Shown piece after piece: positions 34,987 to 48,215 of a stretch of DNA of 64,000 nt. Source of the DNA: Macrostomum lignano (taxonomy: Eukaryota); assembly GCA_002269645.1 (NCBI GenBank), contig NIVC01003052.1:89560-153559 (forward strand), in the 5' to 3' direction. Made by a program: the position numbers and the translations under genes. Below the pieces are notes generated by a model. It was not told where the DNA came from. It did no database searches and saw nothing but the letters and a program-made list of their open reading frames with translations. Positions within the stretch are counted from its first letter, which is position 1. Each line of letters begins with the position of its first letter.

Positions 34987-37980
34987 GTAACTTATGTATT
35001 TGTAAATTAACATTTTAAACTCCCATCTGTTCTATAGATATTTCTAAGAATTGGTTTTACTTTCGCTATTTTGTTACTACAGTACAGGTTATGGTAATTA
35101 GACAACTGAATGTGCTCAGCAACTCGCTCATCGGTTTTAATTGATACTTTTTGTATATTGCATAGTGTCCTCTTATTTGTAACACGTGGTGAATTGGATT
35201 GCAGATTAACACGAAATATATATGCTTTCTGAAATTGTTTCATTCATCTTCTAAAATCTTTTTTTTATTGAGGCCCGCAAATAAAATTGTTTTCTTATTC
35301 ATTTTTTCAACTCTAGCAGTTACTTATTGTCTGACTGCAACCGCCCTCAGTCCCTGCAGCCACCCTCAATCCCCTGCAGCCTCCCTCAATCCCCTGCAGC
35401 CTCCCTCAATCCACTGCAGCCACCCTCAATCCCCTGCAGCCTCCCTCAATCCCCTGCAGCCTCCCTCAATCCACTGCAGCCACCCTCAATCCCCTGCAGC
35501 CTCCCTCAATCCCCTGCAACCACCCCTGCAGCCACCCTCAATCCCCTGCAACCACCCCTGCAGCCACCCTCAATCCCCTGCAGCCACCCTCAATCCCCTG
35601 CAGCCACCCTCAATCCCCTGCAGCCACCCTCAATCCCCTGCAGCCACCCTCAATCCCCTGCAGCCACCCTCAATCCCCTGCAGCCACCCTCAATCCCCTG
35701 CAGCCACCCTCAATCCCCTGCAGCCACCCTCAATCCCCTGCAGCCACCCTCAATCCCCTGCAGCCACCCTCAATCCCCTGCAGCCACCCTCAATCCCCTG
35801 CAGCCACCCTCAATCCCCTGCAGCCACCCTCAATCCCCTGCAGCCACCCTCAATCCCCTGCAGCCACCCTCAATCCCCTGCAGCCACCCTCAATCCCCTG
35901 CAGCCACCCTCAATCCCCTGCAACCACCCCTGCAGCCACCCTCAATCCCCTGCAGCCTCCCTCAATCCCCTGCAGCCACCCTCAATTTCCTGCAGCCACC
36001 CTCAATCCCCTGCAACCACCCCTGCAACCACCCTCAATCCCCTGCAGCCACCCTCAATCCCCTGCAGCCGCCCTCAATTTCCTGCAGCCGCCCTCAATCC
36101 CCTGCAGCCACCCTCAATCCCCTGCAGCCACCCTCAATCCCCTGCAGCCACCCTCAATCTCCTGCAGCCACCCTCAATCCCCTGCAACCACCCCTGCAGC
36201 CACCCTCAATCCCCTGCAGCCTCCCTCAATCCCCTGCAGCCACCCTCAATTTCCTGCAGCCACCCTCAATCCCCTGCAACCACCCCTGCAACCACCCTCA
36301 ATCCCCTGCAGCCACCCTCAATCCCCTGCAGCCGCCCTCAATTTCCTGCAGCCGCCCTCAATCCCCTGCAGCCGCCCTCAATTTCCTGCAGCCGCCCTCA
36401 ATCCCCTGCAGCCGCCCTCAATTTCCTGCAGCCACCCTCAATCCCCTGCAGCCACCCTCAATCCCCTGCAGCCGCCCTCAATTTCCTGCAGCCGCCCTCA
36501 ATATCCTGCAGCCGCCCTCAATTCCCTGCAACCACCCCCTGCAGCCACCCTCAATCCCCTGCAACCGCCCTCAAAATCTCCGCAACCGCCCGCCCGCAGC
36601 CGGCATGGGCATTACCGGCCTGCTACCCGGTACCTTATAGTAACTTATGTATTTGTAAATTAACATTTTAAACTCCCATCTGTTCTATAGATATTTCTAA
36701 GAATTGGTTTTACTTTCGCTATTTTGTTACTACAGTACAGGTTATGGTAATTAGACAACTGAATGTGCTCAGCAACTCGCTCATCGGTTTTAATTGATAC
36801 TTTTTGTATATTGCATAGTGTCCTCTTATTTGTAACACGTGGTGAATTGGATTGCAGATTAACACGAAATATATATGCTTTCTGAAATTGTTTCATTCAT
36901 CTTCTAAAATCTTTTTTTTATTGAGGCCCGCCGTTAAAATTGTTTTCTTATTCATTTTTTCAACTCTAGCAGTTACTTATTGTCTGACTGCAACCGCCCT
37001 CAGTCCCTGCAGCCACCCTCAATCCCCTGCAGCCTCCCTCAATCCCCTGCAGCCTCCCTCAATCCACTGCAGCCACCCTCAATCCCCTGCAGCCTCCCTC
37101 AATCCCCTGCAGCCTCCCTCAATCCACTGCAGCCACCCTCAATCCCCTGCAGCCTCCCTCAATCCCCTGCAACCACCCCTGCAGCCACCCTCAATCCCCT
37201 GCAACCACCCCTGCAGCCACCCTCAATCCCCTGCAGCCACCCTCAATCCCCTGCAGCCACCCTCAATCCCCTGCAACCACCCCTGCAGCCACCCTCAATC
37301 CCCTGCAGCCTCCCTCAATCCCCTGCAGCCACCCTCAATTTCCTGCAGCCACCCTCAATCCCCTGCAACCACCCCTGCAACCACCCTCAATCCCCTGCAG
37401 CCACCCTCAATCCCCTGCAGCCGCCCTCAATTTCCTGCAGCCGCCCTCAATCCCCTGCAGCCACCCTCAATCCCCTGCAGCCACCCTCAATCCCCTGCAG
37501 CCACCCTCAATCTCCTGCAGCCACCCTCAATCCCTGCAACCACCCCTGCAGCCACCCTCAATCCCCTGCAGCCTCCCTCAATCCCCTGCAGCCACCCTCA
37601 ATTTCCTGCAGCCACCCTCAATCCCCTGCAACCACCCCTGCAACCACCCTCAATCCCCTGCAGCCACCCTCAATCCCCTGCAGCCGCCCTCAATTTCCTG
37701 CAGCCGCCCTCAATCCCCTGCAGCCGCCCTCAATTTCCTGCAGCCGCCCTCAATCCCCTGCAGCCGCCCTCAATTTCCTGCAGCCACCCTCAATCCCCTG
37801 CAGCCACCCTCAATCCCCTGCAGCCGCCCTCAATTTCCTGCAGCCGCCCTCAATATCCTGCAGCCGCCCTCAATTCCCTGCAACCACCCCCTGCAGCCAC
37901 CCTCAATCCCCTGCAACCGCCCTCAAAATCTCCGCAACCGCCCGCCCGCAGCCGGCATGGGCATTACCGGCCTGCTACCC
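34987..37980 (+). repeat. Tandem segmental duplication of the EXO1 upstream region, each copy carrying a 20-bp minisatellite
   Basis: 34987-36628 and 36640-37980 share about 350 bp of unique sequence, the cagccaccctcaatcccctg array and the first EXO1 codons. Confidence 0.92.
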
Positions 37981-40900
37981 TATTTAAAAGCATCTGGCCG
38001 ACCAATTTCAATACGCGAATTGGCCGGTCAAACGGTGGCGGTTGACACCTATTGCTGGCTGCACAAAGGCGCGTACGCCTGCGCAGAGAAGCTGGGATCC
38101 GGCCAGGACACTGATCAATATGTGCACTACTGCATGCGCTATCTCAGGCTGCTGCTAGCTAACCGATTGAAAGTTGTGCTGGTGTTTGACGGGCGAAATC
38201 TGCCAGCTAAGGCCGACGTTGAGCATAAGAGACGAGAGTGAGTATTCGAATTAATAGTTTAGCCTGCTGCTAGTAGCTAGTCTTTTAACTGATTTTTCTG
38301 ATTATCTCATGAGGAAAAACTCAAGCTTGAAATCTGAAACCTGAAATCCCAAAACTGAAATCCCAAGCCTGAAATCCCAAACCTGAACTCTCAAGCCTGA
38401 AATCCCAAACCTGAAATTCCAAGCACGAAATTCCAAACCTGAAGTCCCAAACCTGAAATCCCAAGCCTGAAATCTGAAACCTCAAATCTCAAGCCTGAAA
38501 TCCCAAACCTGAAATCCCAAGCACGAAATTCCAAACCTGAAGTCCCAAACCTGAAATCCCAAGCACGAAATTCCAAACCTGAAGTCCCAAACCTGAAATC
38601 CCAAGCCTGAAATCCCAAACCTGAAATCCCAAGCCTGAAATCCCAAGCACGAAATTCCAAACCTGAAATCTCAAACCTCAAATCCCAAACCTGAAATCCC
38701 AAACCTCAAATCTCAAGCCTGAAATCCCAAACGTGAAGTCCCAAACGTGAAGTCCCAAACCTAAACCCAAAACCTAAAATCTCAAACCTGAAATCTCAAA
38801 CCTCAAGTCTCACGCCTGAAGTCTCAGCCTCAACATTTCTGAGCAAAACTCTGATGCTTCAACTCTCAAACCCGAAGTCCCAAGTCAGGTAAAGTGGCCC
38901 CCTGAAATTGATCGCCCACCCCCAGGACCCGCGCAGCCTACAAGCGCAAGGCTCTGCAGTTGCTGGCCGAAGGTCGCTCAGCCGAGGCGCGCGAAGCTTT
39001 CGAACGCTGCATCGACGTGACGCCAAGCATGGCTCTGGCGCTGATGCGGTCCGCCAGGAAGGAGGGCGCCGACACCATTGTGGCGCCGTACGAGGCTGAC
39101 GCTCAGCTCACGCACCTCTGCAACGCCGGGTTGGTTGACGCGGTCATCAGCGAGGACAGCGACCTGCTAGCGTTCGGGTGCAAGCGGGTGCGCTGTGTTC
39201 ATTTGCTATGTGAATTGCTGTGCTTCTGTTCTGTGATGTGGCGCCGCCATTTCCTCATCCTGGTCCTTTGATGTGGCGCCGCCATTTCCTCATCCTGGTC
39301 CTTTGACGTGGCGCCGCCATTTCCTCATCCTGGTCCTTTGATGTGGCGCCGCCATTTCCTCATCCTGGTCCTTTGATGTGGCGCCGCCATTTCCTCATCC
39401 TGGTCCTTTGATGTGGCGCCGCCATTTCCTCATCCTGGTCCTTTGATGTGGCGCCGCCATTTCCTCATCCTGGTCCTTTGATGTGGCGCCGCCATTTCCT
39501 CATCCTGGTCCTTTGATGTGGCGCCGCCATCCCCTCATCCTGGTCATTTGATGTGGCGCCGCCATTTTCTCATCCTGGTCCTTTGATGTGGCGCCGCCAC
39601 TACCTCATCCTGGTCCTTTGATGTGGCGCCGCCACTACCTCATCCTGGTCCTTTGATGTGGCGCCGCCATCCCCTCATTCCGGTCCTTTGATGTGGCGCC
39701 GCAGCGATGATTTATGTTTACATCATGAAAACTGTGAATTTTCAATCTTATCGGAAGCACAAGTTGACTCTTTACAAACTTAACTTTTGCACTACTATCC
39801 ATAAGTAAGATATTAGAGTTTTATGCTATTATTTATTCTGCACGCTCAAACAGGTGATATTCAAACTGGACAGTCAGGGCAACGGCCTGCTAATGGATCG
39901 CCGTCAAATTGCTCGCCAGTTGTGCATACCCGCTTCAGCTGACGATCCTAATTCAGCCGAGGCTACCGGCTCAACTGGCATGACCTGGGCCAAGTTCCGC
40001 TGGATGTGCATCCTGTCCGGCTGCGACTATTTCTCCGGCGTGCCCGGCGTTGGCCTGGCCACCGCGGCCGGCATTGTTAAACGGACCTGTTTAGATCTGC
40101 GCGGATTGGCTAATAAACTGTTTCTCTATGCTAAGAAAGTGCAACGCTTGAGTAAAGAACAGGTGGAAGCTGTTGTTAGAGCCGATCTTACCTTTCAGTA
40201 TCAGGTGAGGTTGAATCATTTTTTCTAACTTCTTTCGTTAACACATCAGTCTTTCTATTTTGTCTCTGATCCCACTATTTTATCCCTATTTTTTCCTCTC
40301 TGATCCCCTTATTTATCCCTATTTTCCCTCTCTGATCCCCTTATTTTATCCCTATTTTCCCGTCTATTTCCCCCTTATTTTATCCCTATTTTACCTCTCT
40401 GATCCCCTTTATTTTATCCCTATTTTTCCCGTCTATTCTCCCCCTTATTTTATCCCTATTTTACCTCTCTGATCCCCTTATTTTATCCCTATTTTTCCCG
40501 TCTATTTTCCCCCTTATTTTATCCCTATTTTACCTCTCTGATCCCCTTATTTTATCCCTATTTTCCCCTCTATTCTCCCCTTATTTTATCCCTATTTTCC
40601 CTCTATTCTCCCATTATTTTATCCCTTTTCCCCTTTTCTGATCCATTTCTGTTATCCCCTGTTTCCCCTTTCTGATCCCCTTCCTTCATCCCTTGTTGCG
40701 GCTGTCTAATTCCCTTATACCAATGTCCCCTACCTTACTGCTTCCAGGTGGTATTCGATCCTATCCAACGTCGCCAATGCCGATTGAACACTCCACCATC
40801 GGCTGCAGAATCCGAGGCGGAAGCGCCATCAAATTTGGACTTTGCCGGCAGCATTCTGTCAGACAACGCTTTGGCCCTGCAGCTGGCTCACGGCAATGTC

Positions 40901-42539
40901 GACTTTCGCACTATGGAACCCGTGGCCGACTTCGATCCTGCTGATATTGGCACTCCAAATAATAACAAAAATATTCCTACTACTAATAGTAGCAAAAACA
41001 GTTCGTCGATTATTTGGGCTGGCGACGGGTCGAAACTTGATCGGCGAATAGCTAGCGAGGCGAGCATAGTTGGAGCTGGCAACTCGCCGTACTTTAGCAG
41101 CATGTCTGGCTGGTGAGTCTGGGTGATGATGACCTCTGATAATACCATCCAAGTAACTTACCATTTAAACCTAAAATCGCCCCTGAATAATTCAAATCAT
41201 GACATGAGAATCTGTCATGAATAAATGGCTCTAAATCATGTCATAACGATTATTAGCTAGTCTTATAATTTTCTCAATTGAACGCAAACTGCCCCCCCCC
41301 CAGCAGTGGCAGCGGCTCCGCCATCTCTGCATCGTTGTGGCGAACCGACTCAACTAACAGCATCGGCATTGGCGCCACTTCATCTAGCGCGGCTGGCGTT
41401 GGCAGTACTGAACGACTCTGTCGACTCTATTCTAGTCTGTCCTCGGACAGTCTGCTGGCCGCCGAGGTGGCCACCGTGGCCGAAACTGACGAGAAAGAAA
41501 ACTCGGAGACTTCAGCCAGGCTGGATGACGAGATTCCGGCTAATCAAGCGTGGCCTGCCGATGTTGTTGAGAGTAAGCTGAACAGACCACCCCACTCCCT
41601 TGTTCGCCCACCCCACTCCCTTGTGCACCCACCCCACTCCCTTGTGCACCCACCCCACTCCCTTGTGCACCCACCCCACTCCCTTGTGCAGCCACCCCAC
41701 TCCCTTGTACACCCACCCCACTCCCTTGTGCAGCCACCCCACTCCCTTGTGCACCCACCCCACTCCCTTGTGCAGCCACCCCACTCCCTTGTACACCCAC
41801 CCCACTCTCTTGTGCAGCCACCCCACTCCCTTGTGCACCCACCCCACTCCCTTGTGCACCCACCCCACTCCCTTGTGCACCCACCCCACTCCATTGTGCA
41901 CCCATCCCGCTCCTTTGTGCACCCACCCCACTCCCATGTACAGCCACCCCACTCCCTTGTGCGCCCACCCCACTGTTGTGTAGCCACCCACTCCCTTGTG
42001 CAGCCACCCCACTCCACTTTGAAACCATACCCCACTCTTCAAACCCTGCAGTCGCCGATCTAACTCCGTCGGACGCCCCGGCAACCAGCGGCAGTCAGCA
42101 GCAGCTTCGACAGCCAGAATTTCGTCTATTCGGCGAGCCGGCAGCCCGCAGCCAGCCTCTGCTGCCAGTTCGACCGCTGGCGGCCGCCTCTGAGCAGCCA
42201 AAGCGGCGTCAATCTGTACTCAGTCGCTACTTTCGATCGGCATCCTCTAAGTCGCCTTCCGACTCGTCTCCAGGCCTACGCCGTCAACTATTTTCCCCGG
42301 CTAGTTCGCAACAGTCGCCCTCGCCATCGCCCTCGCCTAGAGAGAGCGATGCGCTCGAACCGGCAAGGAAGAAGTCTCGATCGGTGTCCAGTAACAATGC
42401 TCCATTCAAGTCGCCGACATTGTCGAATTCAAAGCCAGCTGCTTTTGGTGCTGATCGATCCTCGCTATTGGACAGGTTCAGCGCTAGTCGGCCTGCTCAG
42501 ATTGGCGGCTCGGGCGATACTGCAGTTGACGATGATTGA
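37957..42539 (+). CDS. EXO1: Exonuclease 1 (XPG/Rad2 family), about 671 aa
   Basis: Exons 37957-38237, 38926-39187, 39854-40204, 40748-41112, 41304-41572 and 42052-42539 with matching phases (2016 nt). Motifs MGITGLLP, AVDTYCWLHKGAYACA, LVFDG, APYEADAQL, SEDSDLLAFG and CILSGCDY...GVG. Confidence 0.96.
38330..38890. repeat. Minisatellite in EXO1 intron 1
   Basis: aaatcccaaacctg-type units of about 14 bp. Confidence 0.9.
39230..39700. repeat. 35-bp minisatellite in EXO1 intron 2
   Basis: Unit gatgtggcgccgccatttcctcatcctggtccttt, about 13 copies. Confidence 0.95.
40262..40690. repeat. Pyrimidine-rich minisatellite in EXO1 intron 3
   Basis: tttatccctattttccctctctgatcccc-type units. Confidence 0.9.
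41587..42015. repeat. 21-bp minisatellite in EXO1 intron 5
   Basis: Unit caccccactcccttgtgcacc. Confidence 0.95.
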
Positions 42540-42624
42540 CAAGCATTCTTTGTGTTTGTTCTAACGGTACAGTTTTCTACCGTGCTTTATATGCTGCGAG
42601 CTTTATCTGACTCCACTATCTACA

Positions 42625-43045
42625 AGACACCCACCTCACCCCATTGGACACCCACCTCGCTCCATTGGACACCCACCTCACCCCATTGGACACCCAACTC
42701 ACTCCATTGGACACCCACCTCACCCCATTGGACACCCACCTCACTCCATTGGACACCCACCTCACTCCATTGGACACCCACCTCACTTCTTTGGATGCCC
42801 CAACTCACTCCATTGGACATCCATCTCACTCCATTAGATACCCACCCCACTCGATTGGATACCCACCCCACTCGATTGGATACCCACCTCACTCCATTGG
42901 ATACCCACCTCACTCCATTGGCCACCCACCTCAATCCATTGGACACCCACCTCACTCCATTGCACACCCACCTCACTTCACTGCACACCCACCTCACTCC
43001 ATTGGACACCCACCTCACTCCATTGCATACCCACCTCAGCCCACC
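42625..43045. repeat. 21-bp minisatellite downstream of EXO1
   Basis: Unit cactccattggacacccacct. Confidence 0.9.
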
Positions 43046-43809
43046 TCGCTCATTATCATAGGTAGTATATTTTGAGTGTCTTTCCAGCATTGAGTCCAGT
43101 TTATCTAAAATCCAATTTTATTTTATAACTCTAGTTTGCTTTGTTTACAAGCATTTTTGTATACAATAATTCTGCTTTAAACAGTTGACCTAATTAGTAT
43201 ATTATAATTTAATTTAATAACCGATTTTTCTATGCAATTTATAAACAGTTAGCTTGCATTTGTTTAGGCAATCTATCACTGTTAACTGAGTTAATTCTTT
43301 ACTGCTGATAAAGTTCCATTTTAATAACAGTTATAATGCAATTCTGCCCTGCATTTTCGGATACCATATTTTAAAAGTTTTTTTTTCTGTTTGTAACTTG
43401 TCCTGTTGTCAATTTAGCAATAAATATCACTAATAAGTGATTCAAAAGTCTTTGATAAACATTTAAAAAACAGCATTTTTGATTGGTTGGTTCTTTCAAA
43501 AATGATTTGAAAACATTAGCCAGAGACAACTTGCTGATCGAATATCATTGGGTAAAGCAACTTGCCCTTTTAAGCTGCAGATTGTTTAGTCACTCAAACT
43601 CATGCGTACATCGGTACATGTTTAAAGTTTTTGTTAGTTTGACTTAGCATGTAGAATCATTTTGCTGTTTTAAGGCGTATCGAAGTTAGACAAGATCGAA
43701 TGCTGCTCGTAAATGTTTATAATTTCAGAGATTCAATTTTTGTTAACGTAGCTAATAGGCCTTTTTTATAACAAATTTTACGTTAAATTCTACAAGGACA
43801 ACAGTAAAG

Positions 43810-43905
43810 GCACAGACAGACAGAGAGATAGACAGACAGAGAGGCAGATAGACAGACAGACAGACAGACGGACAGACAGACAGACAGATAGACGGACAGA
43901 CAGAT

Positions 43906-43937
<32 letters not shown>

Positions 43938-44330
43938 GGACAGACAGACAGACAGACAGATAGACGGACAGACAGACAGACAGATAGACAGACAGACAGA
44001 CAGACAGATAGACGGACAGACAGATAGACAGACAAACAGACAGACAGACAGACACACAGACAGACAAACAGACAGACAGACACACAGACAGACAGATAGA
44101 TAGACAGACAGACAGACACACAGACAGACAGATAGACAGACAAACAGACAGACAGACAGACACACAGACAGACAAACAGACAGACAGGCAGACACACAGA
44201 CAGACAAACAGACAGACACACGGAAAGACAGATAGACGGACAGGACAGACAGACAGACAGACAGATAGACGGACAGGACAGATAGACAGGCAGACAGACA
44301 GACAGACAGACAGACAGAGCCTGACTGAGT
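43810..44330. repeat. (GACA)n microsatellite
   Basis: Direct reading of the sequence. Confidence 0.95.
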
Positions 44331-44959
44331 GAGTGACAAAACAAACAGTCAGACAGGCACATAGACAGAGAAACATTAGACAAAACGACAGTATAAATGA
44401 ATGAGATGAGTTTCAGTTACGGACATTTTTCAAGTCAGCATATACTGGCAATAAATACATGACCTTCGTTTCTATTTGAAATGAATAATTTAAATAAAGT
44501 GAAGCCAAAACCTCCTCAATAAAAATCAAATTAAAATTTAAAAAGCATTAACCAAAAATATAAAGACAATTTGATATATTATCTGATGGAAGCAGCCAAA
44601 CAATTGAAGTTTAACACACAGGACATGTGCATCATGTAGTTTATAAAAACATAACAGCATGAAAAAGTGAGTATAGGTAGCTTTTGACATGCTAGATGAG
44701 AATTTGGCTAAGCATAGTTTAGACTCAGCTAGCTGCTGCATCTAGACACATACACAGAAAGATATTTAGACAGAAATAGATATAGGTATATCTAGACAGC
44801 TTTTATAGACAATAAATCAAGAATTTGACAAGAGATTTGACAATTTACGCCATTTTCTGTCACTTTACCTCACTCGTAACCTTCTGCGTTATGCAGCAAA
44901 TAAAGTGGCTGAAGCACGCATCTTTAACTTCTCTCTGCGTTGCATTCTCAATTTGTGTG

Positions 44960-45630
44960 TCGAATTCTCATTTAGCGTGTGGAATTCTCATTTAGCGTGT
45001 CGAATTCTCATTTAGCGTGTCGAATTCTCATTTAGCGTGTCGAATTCTCATTTAGCGTGTCGAATTTTCATTTAGCGTGTCGAATTCTCATTTAGCGTGT
45101 GGAATTCTCATTTAGCGTGTCGAATTCTCATTTAGCGTGTGGAATTCTCATTTAGCGTGTGGAATTCTCATTTAGCGTGTCGAATTCTCATTTAGCGTGT
45201 CGAATTCTCATTTAGCGTGTCGAATTCTCATTTAGCGTGTCGAATTCTCATTTAGCGTGTCGAATTCTCATTTAGCGTGTGGAATTCTCATTTAGCGTGT
45301 CGAATTCTCATTTAGCGTGTGGAATTCTCATTTAGCGTGTCGAATTCTCATTTAGCGTGTGGAATTCTCATTTAGCGTGTCGAATTCTCATTTAGCGTGT
45401 CGAATTTTCATTTAGCGTGTCGAATTCTCATTTAGCGTGTGGAATTCTCATTTAGCGTGTCGAATTCTCATTTAGCGTGTGGAATTCTCATTTAGCGTGT
45501 GGAATTCTCATTTAGCGTGTCGAATTCTCATTTAGCGTGTGGAATTCTCATTTAGCGTGTCGAATTCTCATTTAGCGTGTCGAATTCTCATTTAGCGTGT
45601 GGAATTCTCATTTAGCGTGTGGAATTCTCA
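44960..45630. repeat. 20-bp homogeneous minisatellite, about 33 copies
   Basis: Unit (c/g)gaattctcatttagcgtgt. Confidence 0.97.
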
Positions 45631-47337
45631 TTAGTTTCAACTTCAAGTGAATTAATGTAACAATCAAACATATCTTGGAATCCTAATGATCCCAGTCATT
45701 TTGTCATATTAATTGATAAAACCTGTCGATCGATCGATCGGTTCTGCTTGCAGCAGCTTATCGTGATTACACAAAAAAAATTTGCACGAACTCGAATCCC
45801 ACACAGATTGATGACGATTGACGAAGTATCCAGCATAACTACATAGGCCCTAATAAATATTTGGTCACTTCGTCATATTATTTTTCAAGCTACTTTGCTT
45901 TTGGTCACTTCGTCATCCAATATGACGAAATGGAATATGACGATCTGACCAGTGACCGTTTAAACGTCTGGAAAAACACTAAGTTAAATCTTGATCAAAG
46001 AGCAAAAATTGAAAATTGAAATTTAAATTTAAAGTTTAAATTCAAAATTCAAATTAAATTCAAATACAGTATTTGGTAGTTTCTATCGCGTAATTTGATT
46101 TTGATCAATGGTGTTTGATTATCTTAGAATAGTTCCCGGAAAATGCTGTGGTGTTCTGATTTGAATTGTTACAATTTTGATTATTTTTTTGGTTCGTTGA
46201 CTCACAACCTTTAGCAGACTGCCTCTTTATATAGCCTACTACTACTTGCATGTAGTAATGACTTAGTTAATAATATCGATCAATAAATTTTTAACCCAAA
46301 CTATTTATTATTTCTGTAATACAGTTACTATTTTTACATCAATCATACTGATACAATTCACTGAGATAGATCGATATTATTGAAAAGCATAATAAAATTA
46401 TAGTGTAATTTTTAATATAGTTTGTATCTTATTTCAGCTTAAAATTATTGAAGGGAATCCTTAATCACGCATTGTTCTTACTGTTCTTACTAGTTAAGTA
46501 CAATGTCATTTGTGGAAAACTCAAATAAGATGCTAAGCATGTTGTTACTTCAACTTACTTGTTATGCCATTTAGAAGAATTCTAATTTAATTAATGGTCA
46601 TGTTAAAAAAATCCTAAAAATTAATATAATTTATATTGACTAGGCCTAATGGCTATCTTGCAATATCATTAATCATTCATTAAATTCATTGTACGCACAT
46701 TTTTTTAACTATTGACATGAAATTTTCCAAAAAATAATAAAAATATTTTATTATGTTAACATTTGGGAAGTGTTTTGGCATTAAAATTCTATTTTTGGGG
46801 GGTTGCAGCTTAACTTTTATTGCACTTTCCATAGTTTTCCAGGTTGTTTCCAAATTTTAATAACTCAAATAAAGTGCTTTTCACTTAAAAATAGCTGGTA
46901 GAAAACTTTCTTCCCTAACATGGAGATCAGGAGATGGATTGTGCCACCTCAAGAGGTCGCCCAGCCCTTGGACTAACAATATGGGCACTTCTAAACACTT
47001 ATAAAATGTTAGCATAATGAAAATATTCATTTTGGAAAGTTTCATATCAATAGCTAAAAATGTACATATACTAGTAGTACAGTGAATTTAATGAACAATT
47101 CTGCAAGATAGCCTCAAAATACTTATGATTTTTACATAAAAAAATATTATTAACTTTGTAATGTGATGTGATTTGGGCCTATAGTATAGGCTATACTAAT
47201 TAAATAAATGTTTTAGTTTTAGTTAGACTCTTTATTCTAGCAACTTGCCTTAGGCTTAGTTAGGCTTATTTTATTTTCAAAATGATAGTAGATAGACTAA
47301 AAAAGTTAAACAAAATCAGATATAGTCTTCATATACT

Positions 47338-48010
47338 AGCAATCTAATGTCTCCCTTTGGGTGCCCAATAAGCAAGGAGCAAAATTATCTATGCAAATCC
47401 AGAAAGAAATAAAGCACATTTTCTTAAGAACCAATTATCTTTTTAGTTCTATTGAATAATCTTATTCATGTAAAATTGTCATGAACAAATGTGTTCACTA
47501 TGAATATCTTTTTTATAAAAGTAACAAAGGTACATAACAAACAAAGCCTCCATAAAGATAATAGGCATTTCCCAGATGGCAAGCACCCCCCCCCCCCCCC
47601 CTAGATAGCAAACATCCCTCAGATAGCAAGCATCCCCTTAGATAAAAAACATCCCCCAGATAGCAAACATCCCCCAGATAGCAAGCAACACCCAGATAGC
47701 AAGCATCCCCTAGATAGCAAGCAACCCCCATATAGCAAGCAACCCCCAGATAGCAAGCATCTCCCAGATAGCAAGCATTCCCCAGATAGAAAACATCCCC
47801 CAGATAGCAAGCATCCCCCAGATAGCAAGCATCCCCCTGAAAACAAGCAACCCCAGATAGCAAGCATCCCTCAGATAGCAAGCATCCCCCTAGATAGAAA
47901 ACATCCCCCAGACAACAAGCATACCCCAATAGCAAGCAACCCCAGACAGTAAGCATCTTCTAGATAGCAAGCATTCCCAGATAACAAGCATACCCTAATA
48001 GTAAGCAAGG
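47338..48010 (-). mobile_element. Third copy of the Helitron-like element with the 18-bp array
   Basis: ctagcaatctaatgtctccctttgggtgcccaataagcaaggagcaaaa terminus homologous to the 1442 copy, followed by the agcaagcatcccccagat array. Confidence 0.65.
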
Positions 48011-48215
48011 TAGATAGATTAAAAAAGTTAAATAAAATTCGATATAGTCTTCATATATTTTTTAGTTTATGAACTAAAAGTTCCTTATCGTTTTGTATTT
48101 AATATTTGTATACTTTTTTTAATATTATTGCCTTATAACATAATGTGATAAATAAAAGTTAAATTCTATATTAAGATTTATTTATATATTAAAATTATTG
48201 TTATATTAAAAATTA

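Noticed and set aside
41573-42063. His/Pro-rich in-frame extension of EXO1 exon 5
   Set aside because: It is bounded by a GTAAGC donor and a ccctgcag acceptor that restore the frame into exon 6. Read-through would hit a stop at 42061.
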